Shown: piece after piece, positions 25,760-35,510 of the stretch
Numbering within the stretch: position 1 is the first letter of the stretch
Layout: each line of letters opens with the position of its first letter
NCBI GenBank assembly: GCA_041661545.1
Contig: JBAZUH010000001.1
Span: forward strand, 544,148 to 608,147
Length of the DNA stretch: 64,000 nt
Reading direction: 5' to 3'
Source of the DNA: Candidatus Staskawiczbacteria bacterium
GTDB lineage: Bacteria > Patescibacteriota > Minisyncoccia > Minisyncoccales > Staskawiczbacteraceae
The notes under the pieces: generated by a model
The model's database searches: none
What the model was told of the DNA's origin: nothing
Seen by the model: the letters and a program-made list of their open reading frames with translations, nothing else
Position numbers and translations under genes: made by a program

Positions 25760-28700
25760 GTGAAATTTTTTTATAAAAAACTTTTTTTCTTTTTTTGTAT
25801 TGCGCTTATTTTCTTGTTTGGTGCAAATTTTGTTTTAGGCTTAGAAGCAAATTATCCAGAATTTTTTGGAAAATCTTTAGATGATGACTCTTCAATAGGC
25901 GACTTTGTTTGTTATTTTTTTAACGCTGGTCTATCTATTGCCATAACTTTATGTGCAATTATAATAGCTTTTGGGGGAATTTATTATTTAGTTTCTTATG
26001 GCCGAGGAAAGTTTACCAGCGAGGCCAAAGACTGGATTAAAGCAGGCATTTTGGGGCTTTTAATAATTGTCTGTTCATCTTTGGTTATATATACAATTAA
26101 TCCCAATATAAGTTCTTGTAAAATTGGGATTTTAGAAGCCTTAAAATCAGTTGTATCTTTGGGCCAGGATTATAACTCATCTGAAGATACCTTAGTGCTC
26201 ACATATGACGAAATCCCAATAGGAGTATTAACTGAAAATCTTTTGACTCGAGCAGGATTTTGCTCTACTTTTGATAGATTTGGAGACCCGCTTCCAGAAA
26301 GTTTGGCGCAATCAACTGGTGGTGGTGTTCAAGCTGATACCAGTGAAGTAATTACTAATGACAGAGTAGATTGTTTAAGAAGACAATGGGAGAGTGCTAT
26401 AAAAAAAACTCAAGTTGTGGCATCTTTGTCCGATGAAATAGTTAAGTTAATGAATACTTGTGATTGCAGTATTAAAGATGCTAACGGTAAAAATAAATGT
26501 GAGCCAGTTTGCAACCCTCTAACTGGGTGCCAAACAACAGGGTCCTGCCCCAACGGTTCTTGCACCGGAAATTGCATAAATGGATTATGCCAACAAGCTA
26601 ATAATTCAACTGACTGTTGCCCCACAGGAGTAAAAGAAAAAATTGAGCACGGCCCAATTTTTGTACCAGCCAGCATTTTTCATAGTACAGCAGAAAACTC
26701 TAATGCTGGGAGCACCGGAACAGGGAGCGACGAAGCTAGCACTTGTTTTTTCACTTGTAATGTAGACAAAGACTGCGGGAATCAAGAAGTTTGCGACCCT
26801 GCAACTCATCAATGTGGAAAAATTTATAAAGGATTAGATGAATTTAGATGTGATGAAGAAAACAAAAGCCCTCACGGTCGCGATCCAACGTTACCAAATG
26901 AGGGAAAAGACCAATGCCATACTATAAGAGATTTAGTTTCCGATGGAACATTCCATGCGGGAACAAGGGGTGGATATGATTTAAGCGAAAAAAAGTGGAA
27001 GCATTTAACTCTACTACAGCAAATGACTTGGTTTGAAGAAAATATTGATTTTTGGGGAAATGATATTTTTGGCATACAACACGATATAATTAATTTAAAA
27101 CAAGCGAAAAATAAATTAAACTCTTGCTATAATCCTGTAAGTGCCATGGATATTGTAGCAAAATATCAAGTTTCAGAACAGAAAAAAACTGTTGTTCTCA
27201 AAGAGCCTACAAGAATTAAAGATTGGCAAAGTAATAAATTAATAGATTCTGGGCAATATTGCAAAGGTTTTAATTATAATAATTCTTCTTGTTTAGAGGT
27301 TTGCAATAATTCTTGTCCAGAAAGCGACAAAAATGCACTAGCAGCCCTGGCTCAATGTGCCGAAAATAGTAATTCTTCAAACTCAGAAAATGGCTCTTCA
27401 AGCGACGATGAAAGTGAAGATGAAAAGAATGAGCTACAAGAATGCGTTAAAAATGCAATGACCTCAAGGTCGTGTCCATATGGAGATGGTTATGGTAATT
27501 TTGAAGACTGCATAAGCTCTTGCCGAGACTCATGTCACGCATCTTGCGTTGCTCAGTTCTCGCCATGCACAGCGGAATTTGGTTTTTGTGCAAGTCAGTG
27601 CGCTAATAACGGACAATGTGTTTTAGATAATTTGGACAAATGTGTGCTTGACAAACGAGCCTCTCAAAATGCTGCTGATTGCGCTGAAGGCGTAACAGGT
27701 GATAGCAATATAAAATATTGCGTTGATAATTCTTTTTTATGCAAGGATGGCTCTCAGCAATATTCAGGTTATTATGATTGTATAAAGCCAGATAAACTAT
27801 CCAAATGCTCGGATGAAGAAAATAATGATTGGGAAGCGTGCCAAGTTTTAGGAGGTACTGGCGGAGGGTGCGTATGGAATGTAGCCAGGTGTGACGGAAC
27901 CCCTTGCGCTTATTTTAGCAAATTACAATGCGGAACAACCGAATTATCAACTTCGTGCGAATGGGATGATGAGGATGATGTTTGCTCGGGTAAATCTTGT
28001 CCTTCAGCAAATGCTCCAGAAGAATGCAATGCTATCCCTCAATGCGAATGGTTTGAGAATAAATGTAAAGAAAAGCCATGCACTTCTTTTTTAACAAAAG
28101 GGGTCTGTAATAGTCTTTCTCCTAGATGTTCATGGATAAAAGAGAGTTGCACTCAAGATTATTCAGCTTCATATTTATATGAAAACAAAGATATACAAAA
28201 ATGTCTTGCCACTGATGACTCTAACTCTAATGCTAAATGCCAAGAAACATATCCAGAAACTTCAAAATGCCCAACAGCTTCCAACTGCCCATATTGCCCT
28301 TGTAACCAATTAGATGAAACATTTAAATTTACTATTCCTAATGGAAGCACAGCTGTTAGCTTAGTTTTTTGCACAGATGATAATGATTGTTTTGAAGATC
28401 AAGTATGTGAGAAGAGCTTTCTCTCAACTTCTGTAGATAATTCAAATACTTCTGTCTGTAAAAAGAAAGAAAACAAAATACTTTGCGACAAAAAAGCTGA
28501 TTGTCACCCAGATCAAACCTGCGTAGAAACATGCTATTGCCCAGATAGCAAAATAGATAAAAAAAATCCTGATGTATGTTTAGTAGAGCGTGTTTGTAAC
28601 AAAATCTGTATGCATACTGGGAAAAATGACAAATCTTGTAACGAAGATGCCGATTGTTCTGATGAAGAAGCAGTTTGTAGCCCACGCGGGTTTTGTATTA

Positions 28701-29725
28701 GCAATGCTGGCCAAGAGGGTTATTCTGTTGCACAGCCTCAAATTGTTGGATATCAAATGGTGGGCCCTCAATGTACTGAATATGCTTATAATGGCGACCC
28801 TTTAACATTTTATTGTCAAAAAGAATTTTGGAATGATCCTCAAAAAGAGCAAGGTAAACCTCCAACGCCCATAGGAAGTGAAAAAAATGTAGATTATAGT
28901 TTAAAATCAGAGATACCAGTAGGTCAAACAGTTGACGATGCTTTGGCTTGGGCTAATAAATTAGTTACTACAAGTACTTATTTGCATAGAGATGTCCAAA
29001 GAATTGTAGAAGATATGAGAATAATGGGTAAGGCTCAGAATAATAAAATTCTAGATAAAAAAAATGAGGAAATTGATAATCCTGCTAAAGATTACTGCAA
29101 ATGTAATGCTAAATTAATAAATGGAGATCCTATTTGTACAGGAAACTGCAAGTATGCTGAAACTTTAATGCCAACATATGATGATCAGGGCACTTATTTG
29201 GGAGAAGAGTGGCAATGTAGCTGTAACTCAGAACCATGCAAGGGAAATCCTTGCCAACAAATGATAAATTATCATTCTCATCTTTGGAATGATTTTAAAA
29301 ATTTTAAAAGAGAATACATAAATTATGATACTTGGATAATTTCTGAACCCAGAAGTGATATTTTAAAAGAATTAACTTATTCTAGACAACAAATAGATAG
29401 TTGTAATGTAAAATCAACTGATTATGGATTATCCAAAGCTAGATTACTGAGTTGCTCAAAAGCCGAAAGAGAACTAGTGCCACCAATAAATACTACCGAA
29501 TATTTAAAAAAACAAGAATTATCTAACATTTTACACATTCCTTTAGAAACCGAAAGGCTTGAAAAACTTATAGATGAAAAAATAGAAGGAGTGTGTTATG
29601 GTCAAAAACTAGGGTTAATAACTGGTGTTGATATAATGGATAATTGGTTTTGTGTAACCCAGTGGGCTGATGACCGCGTTCCTAATAATAATCCAATATA
29701 TAATATAGAAAATAATAATTTTTAA
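25760..29725 (+). CDS. Giant Cys-rich surface protein with an N-terminal pilin-like membrane module
   Basis: 1321 aa with a GTG start. Signal peptide, TM, GG, Lys loop, TM ending YTINPNI. The ectodomain has about 98 Cys by hand count and repeated CxxDxDCxxxxxC and CxWxxxxC motifs. Confidence 0.6.
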   Translation: MKFFYKKLFFFFCIALIFLFGANFVLGLEANYPEFFGKSLDDDSSIGDFVCYFFNAGLSIAITLCAIIIAFGGIYYLVSYGRGKFTSEAKDWIKAGILGLLIIVCSSLVIYTINPNISSCKIGILEALKSVVSLGQDYNSSEDTLVLTYDEIPIGVLTENLLTRAGFCSTFDRFGDPLPESLAQSTGGGVQADTSEVITNDRVDCLRRQWESAIKKTQVVASLSDEIVKLMNTCDCSIKDANGKNKCEPVCNPLTGCQTTGSCPNGSCTGNCINGLCQQANNSTDCCPTGVKEKIEHGPIFVPASIFHSTAENSNAGSTGTGSDEASTCFFTCNVDKDCGNQEVCDPATHQCGKIYKGLDEFRCDEENKSPHGRDPTLPNEGKDQCHTIRDLVSDGTFHAGTRGGYDLSEKKWKHLTLLQQMTWFEENIDFWGNDIFGIQHDIINLKQAKNKLNSCYNPVSAMDIVAKYQVSEQKKTVVLKEPTRIKDWQSNKLIDSGQYCKGFNYNNSSCLEVCNNSCPESDKNALAALAQCAENSNSSNSENGSSSDDESEDEKNELQECVKNAMTSRSCPYGDGYGNFEDCISSCRDSCHASCVAQFSPCTAEFGFCASQCANNGQCVLDNLDKCVLDKRASQNAADCAEGVTGDSNIKYCVDNSFLCKDGSQQYSGYYDCIKPDKLSKCSDEENNDWEACQVLGGTGGGCVWNVARCDGTPCAYFSKLQCGTTELSTSCEWDDEDDVCSGKSCPSANAPEECNAIPQCEWFENKCKEKPCTSFLTKGVCNSLSPRCSWIKESCTQDYSASYLYENKDIQKCLATDDSNSNAKCQETYPETSKCPTASNCPYCPCNQLDETFKFTIPNGSTAVSLVFCTDDNDCFEDQVCEKSFLSTSVDNSNTSVCKKKENKILCDKKADCHPDQTCVETCYCPDSKIDKKNPDVCLVERVCNKICMHTGKNDKSCNEDADCSDEEAVCSPRGFCISNAGQEGYSVAQPQIVGYQMVGPQCTEYAYNGDPLTFYCQKEFWNDPQKEQGKPPTPIGSEKNVDYSLKSEIPVGQTVDDALAWANKLVTTSTYLHRDVQRIVEDMRIMGKAQNNKILDKKNEEIDNPAKDYCKCNAKLINGDPICTGNCKYAETLMPTYDDQGTYLGEEWQCSCNSEPCKGNPCQQMINYHSHLWNDFKNFKREYINYDTWIISEPRSDILKELTYSRQQIDSCNVKSTDYGLSKARLLSCSKAERELVPPINTTEYLKKQELSNILHIPLETERLEKLIDEKIEGVCYGQKLGLITGVDIMDNWFCVTQWADDRVPNNNPIYNIENNNF

Positions 29726-29736
29726 TATTTTATAAT

Positions 29737-30759
29737 ATGTTAAAATTTTTACAAAAAAATAAAGCGTGTCTAATATTATTCTCTACTCTTTTTTTAGGAT
29801 TTGCTAATTTAGCTTCAGCCCTAGAAGTCACCAATGGCCCCTGCTCTAATTCTGATAATTTAGGACAATGCGTAGTAAATATTTTTGATTGGGGAATTGG
29901 CATAGCTGCCATAATAGCCTCGGTGTCATTTGCTATTGGGGCTGTAACATTTATGTTATCTGGAGATAGTGGGGAGAGGTCCTCAAGCGGTAAAGACCGA
30001 ATGAAAGGAGCAGTTTTAGGATTAGTACTGCTGGGCGCTTCTTTCCTTATTATGAAAACAATAAATCCTATCTTAGTTAATCCTGACATTGACTCATTAG
30101 ATGAGGTAGAGCTAGAAACCCCTCCGCGCACCCCAGGTATATATTTTTATCCCGATGCATCTTGCGACAAAACATCTTTATATTATAGCAATACTAGTTT
30201 GGAAAACATTGGTGCCGAAGTTAATGGCATTGAAATTGTAAATGACCTAGGATATAAATATGGCGTTGTGCTACACAAGACTCCGGGACTTGGCGAGGGT
30301 GGAGATTGTCTTGAACCTATATTAGATGAGGGGTGTCACTCAACTGATAATTTTTATGGGGCTATTGATATCTTTTCAATAAATCCAAAACCTATCACGT
30401 CTGGTACTGGTGTAGAGTTTTATAGTGAAGCGCATGGATTGGATAAAGGCTCAAGGGGTGGCCACTATTTAATAAAAGCTGAAGATATGACGGGCGACGA
30501 GGGCACCCCTGGATTAAAAGACTTTGAATGGGATGGATCCATAAATGATATACAAAAACAAGAGTGCCCTGATTTTAAGACTTGTCCAGGATCTATGGAC
30601 GTGAAGGGGAGCTTCTTTGTTGCTGTATATTCTGATTCCAAAGAAGGTGGTCTATATTGTCAAACTTTTACCGATAAAGTTGCGGAGTTTAATGCCGAAC
30701 CAGTAGTACACGATGGCGACTCAGAAATAACTAAAGTTACTATTTTCCCTACTAATTAA
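29737..30759 (+). CDS. Pilin-module fusion protein (paralog A)
   Basis: 340 aa. Same N-terminal module ending KTINPILV, then PGIYFYPDASC.. in a Cys-containing domain. Confidence 0.55.
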   Translation: MLKFLQKNKACLILFSTLFLGFANLASALEVTNGPCSNSDNLGQCVVNIFDWGIGIAAIIASVSFAIGAVTFMLSGDSGERSSSGKDRMKGAVLGLVLLGASFLIMKTINPILVNPDIDSLDEVELETPPRTPGIYFYPDASCDKTSLYYSNTSLENIGAEVNGIEIVNDLGYKYGVVLHKTPGLGEGGDCLEPILDEGCHSTDNFYGAIDIFSINPKPITSGTGVEFYSEAHGLDKGSRGGHYLIKAEDMTGDEGTPGLKDFEWDGSINDIQKQECPDFKTCPGSMDVKGSFFVAVYSDSKEGGLYCQTFTDKVAEFNAEPVVHDGDSEITKVTIFPTN

Positions 30760-30786
30760 TTTTTGTGATATTTCTAATATATATAT

Positions 30787-32085
30787 ATGGAAAATTATAA
30801 AAAGAAACTATACAGATTAATTTTATTAATTATCTTTTTATTAGTTGGTTCTTTTTATTTCCCTATAAATAAAGTTTTTGCTCAATTAGAAGTTAAATAT
30901 CCTGCCCTCCCCACAATAACTGGGGGGACTACTGAACCAGTAAGCGATTTACCAAGCTATGTAAAATATCTGTTTGTGGGAGGAGTATCTATAGGATTTT
31001 TAATTGCTTTGATATCTTTAGTAGTAGCGGGTGTATTATATTTTATATCTCCCATAAATGTTAGCGCAAAAAAAGAAGCTAAAGATAGGATAATGGGTTC
31101 TATTTTAGGGATACTTATCCTTTTATTGTCATATTTAATTATAACAACTATCAACCCACAACTTAATATTTTTACCATAAATAAATTAGAATCTGTTAAA
31201 ACAGAATCGCCCAAAATTAAAAAAGAGCCAGGAGTTTATTTTTATAAAGAAAGCGGAGAAAGTAGGTGTGAGGGGAATACACCCGCTCACACAACAAATA
31301 TTGGAAATTTTGGCGATTTAAAAAATCAAATTAATTCTGTAGATATTGTAAGAGACCCCACATCTGATGTTGCTTATATAGCTATTTTATATGAACATCC
31401 TAATTTTTGGGGAAATTGCCATTATATCAACCCAGATGGGGGATGTGAGTGGCAAAGGCCTTTATATTCATCTGCCTCTATACATAGATATGATTTTAAA
31501 CCAGAGGGCGACGGAATATATTTTTTTCGCAAACCATGCTTCAACACCCAAGAGTACAAAAAAAATAACAACACTGATGACCCCGCAGTCGCGCCCACAT
31601 ATGATTATGACAAACCACTTGATGGAAAAGAATATACTGATATAGAAAAGGTAATTGAATATTGTAAAGAAAATAGTGGTGGTTGGTATCAAATTGAAAA
31701 CTCTGAGGTTACAGGTAAAATTTATACAACCACATTAGATGACTTAAAATTTAAAGATGTTCCAGAAGGGGAAGAAGATTGCATCAAATATGATAAATAT
31801 AACAGATGTACATCTACACAAGCACCATCACTTGGCGGGAAAAATATTTCTTCTATGATAATTGCTGGCGATTATTCAGTAGTTTTTTATAATAAAAAAG
31901 ACCCAAATGAAGGTGGTCGGGATATAGGCAATATTGGATCGGCTGATTGGAGTGCTTGCCAAGAGTTTCCTTCTTCTTATGATATTGATAAATCTGGCAC
32001 ACGACAAATAAAATGGGAAATTGTTATGAATCACAACGGACTCATACTTCCTGATTCTGTGGCTGTTATTCCTATACGTCCATAA
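30787..32085 (+). CDS. Pilin-module fusion protein (paralog B)
   Basis: 432 aa. Same N-terminal module ending TTINPQLN, then PGVYFYKESGESRC.., homologous to paralog A. Confidence 0.55.
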   Translation: MENYKKKLYRLILLIIFLLVGSFYFPINKVFAQLEVKYPALPTITGGTTEPVSDLPSYVKYLFVGGVSIGFLIALISLVVAGVLYFISPINVSAKKEAKDRIMGSILGILILLLSYLIITTINPQLNIFTINKLESVKTESPKIKKEPGVYFYKESGESRCEGNTPAHTTNIGNFGDLKNQINSVDIVRDPTSDVAYIAILYEHPNFWGNCHYINPDGGCEWQRPLYSSASIHRYDFKPEGDGIYFFRKPCFNTQEYKKNNNTDDPAVAPTYDYDKPLDGKEYTDIEKVIEYCKENSGGWYQIENSEVTGKIYTTTLDDLKFKDVPEGEEDCIKYDKYNRCTSTQAPSLGGKNISSMIIAGDYSVVFYNKKDPNEGGRDIGNIGSADWSACQEFPSSYDIDKSGTRQIKWEIVMNHNGLILPDSVAVIPIRP

Positions 32086-32100
32086 TTTATCCTTATAAGC

Positions 32101-32128
32101 AAAAAGCCCCGCTATAGCGGGGCTTTTT
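32101..32128. terminator. Bidirectional terminator (T4SS-like operon / jag)
   Basis: AAAAAGCCCCGC-TATA-GCGGGGCTTTTT. Confidence 0.85.
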
Positions 32129-32136
32129 AAATTAAT

Positions 32137-32643
32137 TTAATTAGGTTTTATAACAATATGTCTTTCTAAGCCTTCCCCTCTACTTTCTGTTACAACATCT
32201 GTTCTTTTAGCAAGCTCTGCGTGCACTATTCTTCTCTCATACGAAGACATGGGGGAGAGCTCTCTCTCCTCTTTATTAAAAGAAACTTGATCTGCATAAT
32301 CTTTAACTAAATATTTCAAATATTCTATTTTCTTTTTTTTATATCCATCTATGTCTAAATTAAGATAAAAATTTTGTTGGAATTTTTTATTTAAAACTGA
32401 CCTTAATAAGCGTTGAAGTTCAAACAATGTTTGCCCCTGTTGTCCAATCAAAATTTGAGGTTCTTCTATTTTAATATCTAAATCAATAATATCTAAATCC
32501 TCTTTAACAGATTCTTGTATATTTATTTGTTTTTTTTCTGCTAAAGAAGCCCCTATGTTTATATCTAAAATAGCTATAGTCATTTTATCAAAAAATTCTA
32601 TTACTGCCTCTTTAATTTTATCTATTTGATCTTGGTCTATCAT
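32137..32643 (-). CDS. jag: Jag-like KH/R3H RNA-binding protein
   Basis: 168 aa with R3H motif SSYERRIVHAELA. Located downstream of yidC. Confidence 0.85.
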   Translation of the reverse strand: MIDQDQIDKIKEAVIEFFDKMTIAILDINIGASLAEKKQINIQESVKEDLDIIDLDIKIEEPQILIGQQGQTLFELQRLLRSVLNKKFQQNFYLNLDIDGYKKKKIEYLKYLVKDYADQVSFNKEERELSPMSSYERRIVHAELAKRTDVVTESRGEGLERHIVIKPN

Positions 32644-32644
32644 A

Positions 32645-33388
32645 TTATTGTTTTATTAACTCTTCTACTTTATTTTTCTTGAAAATAAAATACTGTTGAA
32701 TTATAGAAAATAATCCACTAGCTATCCAATATAAGCCTAGTGCAGATGGCAACCCTATAAGTATTATTACTGTGAATATTGGAAAGAAATAAAGCATCTG
32801 TTTTTGCATTATTTGAGAAATATCAGCTTTTTTATCTTGGCCAGTTATGTTTATTTTGGTTTTGGGCATCAACATCTTTGTTTGAAAATATTGAACTGCA
32901 CCGGCCAAAATAGCTAAAATTATATTTGGTTTTGATAAATTAACTATTTGTAAAAATAATGGATTTATTTGACCTGGGTTTAAAATAAAATTATATAAAA
33001 CAGAAAGTTTTGCTTGGTTAAGACCATCCCAAAAAACTTGATAAAGGGCTATTAATATTGGCACCTGTATCAGCGCTAAAAATATCCCCGAAAAAGGATT
33101 TATTTTTTCTCTTTTATAAAGATCTAAAATTTCTTTGGCTTGTTTTTCTTTATCATTTTTATACTTGTCCTGTATCTCTTTCATTAAGGGTTGTAATTTT
33201 TGAAGAGCTTTCTGAGATTTAACAGCTTTTACCGAGATAGGGTAGAGTATAAGTCTTATAACTATGGTTAAAATTATTATTGCTATACCAAAATCATGTC
33301 CTGGAACAGAATTATATAACCAAACCAAGGAATTAAAAAGTGGCTGATATAGCACTACATAAAAAAAATTTACTACAGATTCAAACAT
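32645..33388 (-). CDS. yidC: Membrane protein insertase YidC (short form)
   Basis: 247 aa. Motifs NPFSGIFLALIQVPILIALY and GLPSALGLYW, plus synteny. Confidence 0.9.
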   Translation of the reverse strand: MFESVVNFFYVVLYQPLFNSLVWLYNSVPGHDFGIAIIILTIVIRLILYPISVKAVKSQKALQKLQPLMKEIQDKYKNDKEKQAKEILDLYKREKINPFSGIFLALIQVPILIALYQVFWDGLNQAKLSVLYNFILNPGQINPLFLQIVNLSKPNIILAILAGAVQYFQTKMLMPKTKINITGQDKKADISQIMQKQMLYFFPIFTVIILIGLPSALGLYWIASGLFSIIQQYFIFKKNKVEELIKQ

Positions 33389-33389
33389 T

Positions 33390-33752
33390 TTATTTTAAAT
33401 ATAATCCTGATTTAATAATAGTATTTTTCACCGCTTCTTCTAAAATGGGGAATTCTTTTTTTTCTATACCCCGCAAAGCTATAATAACCACGTCTTTCCC
33501 ATTTTTAAGTTTTTCTACCTGGTTAGCGCTATTAATTTCTTTTTTTATTATCTCCGCCAACCTTCTTCTAATTTTGTTTCTAATAGTAGCCCTTTTAGAA
33601 ACCTTACTGCTAATTATAAAACCAAATCTATTTATATCTAATTCGTTTTTTGTTATTTTAAAAATAAAGAGGTTATTTTTAAAGCTCTTTGAATTTTTAA
33701 AAATTGACTCAAAATCCTTTTTTTTTCTAATTCTATTGATTTTGGGCAACAT
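33390..33752 (-). CDS. rnpA: Ribonuclease P protein component
   Basis: 120 aa, basic, MLPKINRIRKKKDF. Synteny with rpmH. Confidence 0.85.
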   Translation of the reverse strand: MLPKINRIRKKKDFESIFKNSKSFKNNLFIFKITKNELDINRFGFIISSKVSKRATIRNKIRRRLAEIIKKEINSANQVEKLKNGKDVVIIALRGIEKKEFPILEEAVKNTIIKSGLYLK

Positions 33753-33759
33753 TTTTAGA

Positions 33760-33894
33760 CTATACGGTTATTTTAGCTCTTCCTTTTCTTCTTCTTTTCT
33801 GCATTACTTGTTTACCTGTTTTTGTTTTTTTCCTTCTCAAAAAACCGTGTGTATTGGCTCTTTTTTTCTTTTTTGGTTGATATGTTTTGCTCAT
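33760..33894 (-). CDS. rpmH: 50S ribosomal protein L34
   Basis: Own translation gives MSKTYQPKKKKRANTHGFLRRKKTKTGKQVMQKRRRKGRAKITV (44 aa). Too short for the ORF track. Confidence 0.92.
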   Translation of the reverse strand: MSKTYQPKKKKRANTHGFLRRKKTKTGKQVMQKRRRKGRAKITV

Positions 33895-34050
33895 TATTGT
33901 ATATTTTTTTAGTTAATATATAATATAGCCAGTATATCTTAAAAGTATGTTTTTTACAAGATATTATCTGTTGCGATATTTTGCGATGTTCACAAAGTGA
34001 ATGTTGTAAAATATCTATTGTGCGTCCATTTAAGATACATATAACACACG

Positions 34051-34059
34051 TTATCCACA
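34051..34059 (+). promoter_or_regulatory. Perfect DnaA box TTATCCACA upstream of dnaA
   Basis: Exact 9-mer consensus in the rpmH-dnaA intergenic region. Confidence 0.65.
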
Positions 34060-34148
34060 GTTTAATAACATCTCTATTGTATTTAAGTCTATTTGACAAA
34101 GACTTAATAAAAAGGAAAAATATAACTATTAGAAATAATTCTTCAATT

Positions 34149-35510
34149 ATGATTATGAACAATATAGAACTTTGGCAATCCGTCTTAGCACAGATGCAAT
34201 TTCATATTTCGCGAGCTAATTTTGCAACATGGTTTCAAAATACCGAAATTATATCTAAAGAAAACGAGAAAATAATAATTTCAGTTCCTAATGCTTTTTC
34301 TAAAGAGTGGCTAAGCAATAAATATAATAAATTAATTTTAAAAACACTTCACGATATAGATGACTCTATAAGAGAGTTAGAATTTATTATAAAACCTCAA
34401 CCAATAAAAAGCTCTCAACTTAAAACGCCTACTAATAGTGAAGAGCAAGAAGAGGTTCAATTAAAATTCGAGGAGTTTAAAATAAATAAAGAAACCAACC
34501 TTAACCCAAGATATACATTTAATAGTTTTGTAGTTGGGTCTTTTAATGAATTAGCTCATGCAGCTGCACTGGCTGTAGCTGACAGCCCTGGCCTTACATA
34601 TAATCCTTTATTTATTTATGGCGGTACGGGATTGGGTAAAACCCATTTAATACAAGCTGTTGGAAATAAAATAAACGACGAATTAAAAAAGAAAAAAATA
34701 AAATATATTTCTTCTGAAAAATTTGTTTCTAGTATTGTTTCTGCCATAAGAACCAATACAATGGAAACATTTAAAGCCAGCTTAGCTCCTATAGATGTTT
34801 TGATTTTAGATGATATACAATTTATAGCTGGAAAAAATAAAAGCCAAGAAGAATTTTTCCATATTTTTAACTCTTTATATGAAAAAAATAAACAAATTAT
34901 TCTTTCCTCAGATAGGCCACCAAATGCAATTGCAGAGCTAGAAGACCGCCTAAGATCTAGATTTGAAGGGGGAATGATAGCTGACGTTAGCTTACCAGAC
35001 TATGAAACAAGACTTGTTATTCTAAAAACTAAACTCCAAGAAAAAAATATGGATCTTTCGGAGGAAATTTTAGATTATATAGCTGCAAATGTTAAAAAAA
35101 ATATTCGCGAGCTAGAAGGAGCGCTAAATAAAATATTAGTGCATAGTAAAATAAATCCCGATTTAAATGTTGAAGTTGTAAAAAAATTACTCAGAGGATT
35201 TGTTTTTTCTCCATTTGATGTGGCTAATTATAAAAAAATTATAGAAACTGTTGCTAAGTTTTATAATTTAGAAGAAAAAAATCTATTTGATCCAACAAGG
35301 CGCAAAGAAATTGTAAAACCAAGACAAGTAGCCATGTTTTTATTAAGAAAAGAGTTAAAATATTCTTTTCCAGCTATAGCAAGAAAGTTTGGCGGCAAAG
35401 ATCACACAACTGCAATATATGCATACAAAAAAATTCTACAAGAAAATGAAGAAAATAATAAATTAACCGAGGAATTAAATTTAATAAAACAGAGAATATA
35501 TAGTGGATAA
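34149..35510 (+). CDS. dnaA: Chromosomal replication initiator DnaA
   Basis: Start taken at MIMNNIELWQSVL. Walker A GGTGLGKTHL, ILDDIQF, C-terminal DNA-binding HTTA motif (GGKDHTTAIYA). The ORF-track 5' extension from 33981 was rejected. Confidence 0.95.
   Translation: MIMNNIELWQSVLAQMQFHISRANFATWFQNTEIISKENEKIIISVPNAFSKEWLSNKYNKLILKTLHDIDDSIRELEFIIKPQPIKSSQLKTPTNSEEQEEVQLKFEEFKINKETNLNPRYTFNSFVVGSFNELAHAAALAVADSPGLTYNPLFIYGGTGLGKTHLIQAVGNKINDELKKKKIKYISSEKFVSSIVSAIRTNTMETFKASLAPIDVLILDDIQFIAGKNKSQEEFFHIFNSLYEKNKQIILSSDRPPNAIAELEDRLRSRFEGGMIADVSLPDYETRLVILKTKLQEKNMDLSEEILDYIAANVKKNIRELEGALNKILVHSKINPDLNVEVVKKLLRGFVFSPFDVANYKKIIETVAKFYNLEEKNLFDPTRRKEIVKPRQVAMFLLRKELKYSFPAIARKFGGKDHTTAIYAYKKILQENEENNKLTEELNLIKQRIYSG

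Noticed and set aside
33340-34162. ORFs 33340-33912 (+) and 33812-34162 (-), and the 5' extension of dnaA from 33981.
   Set aside because: They overlap rnpA, rpmH and the intergenic oriC region that contains the DnaA box. Real DnaA homology begins at MIMNNIELWQ (34149).
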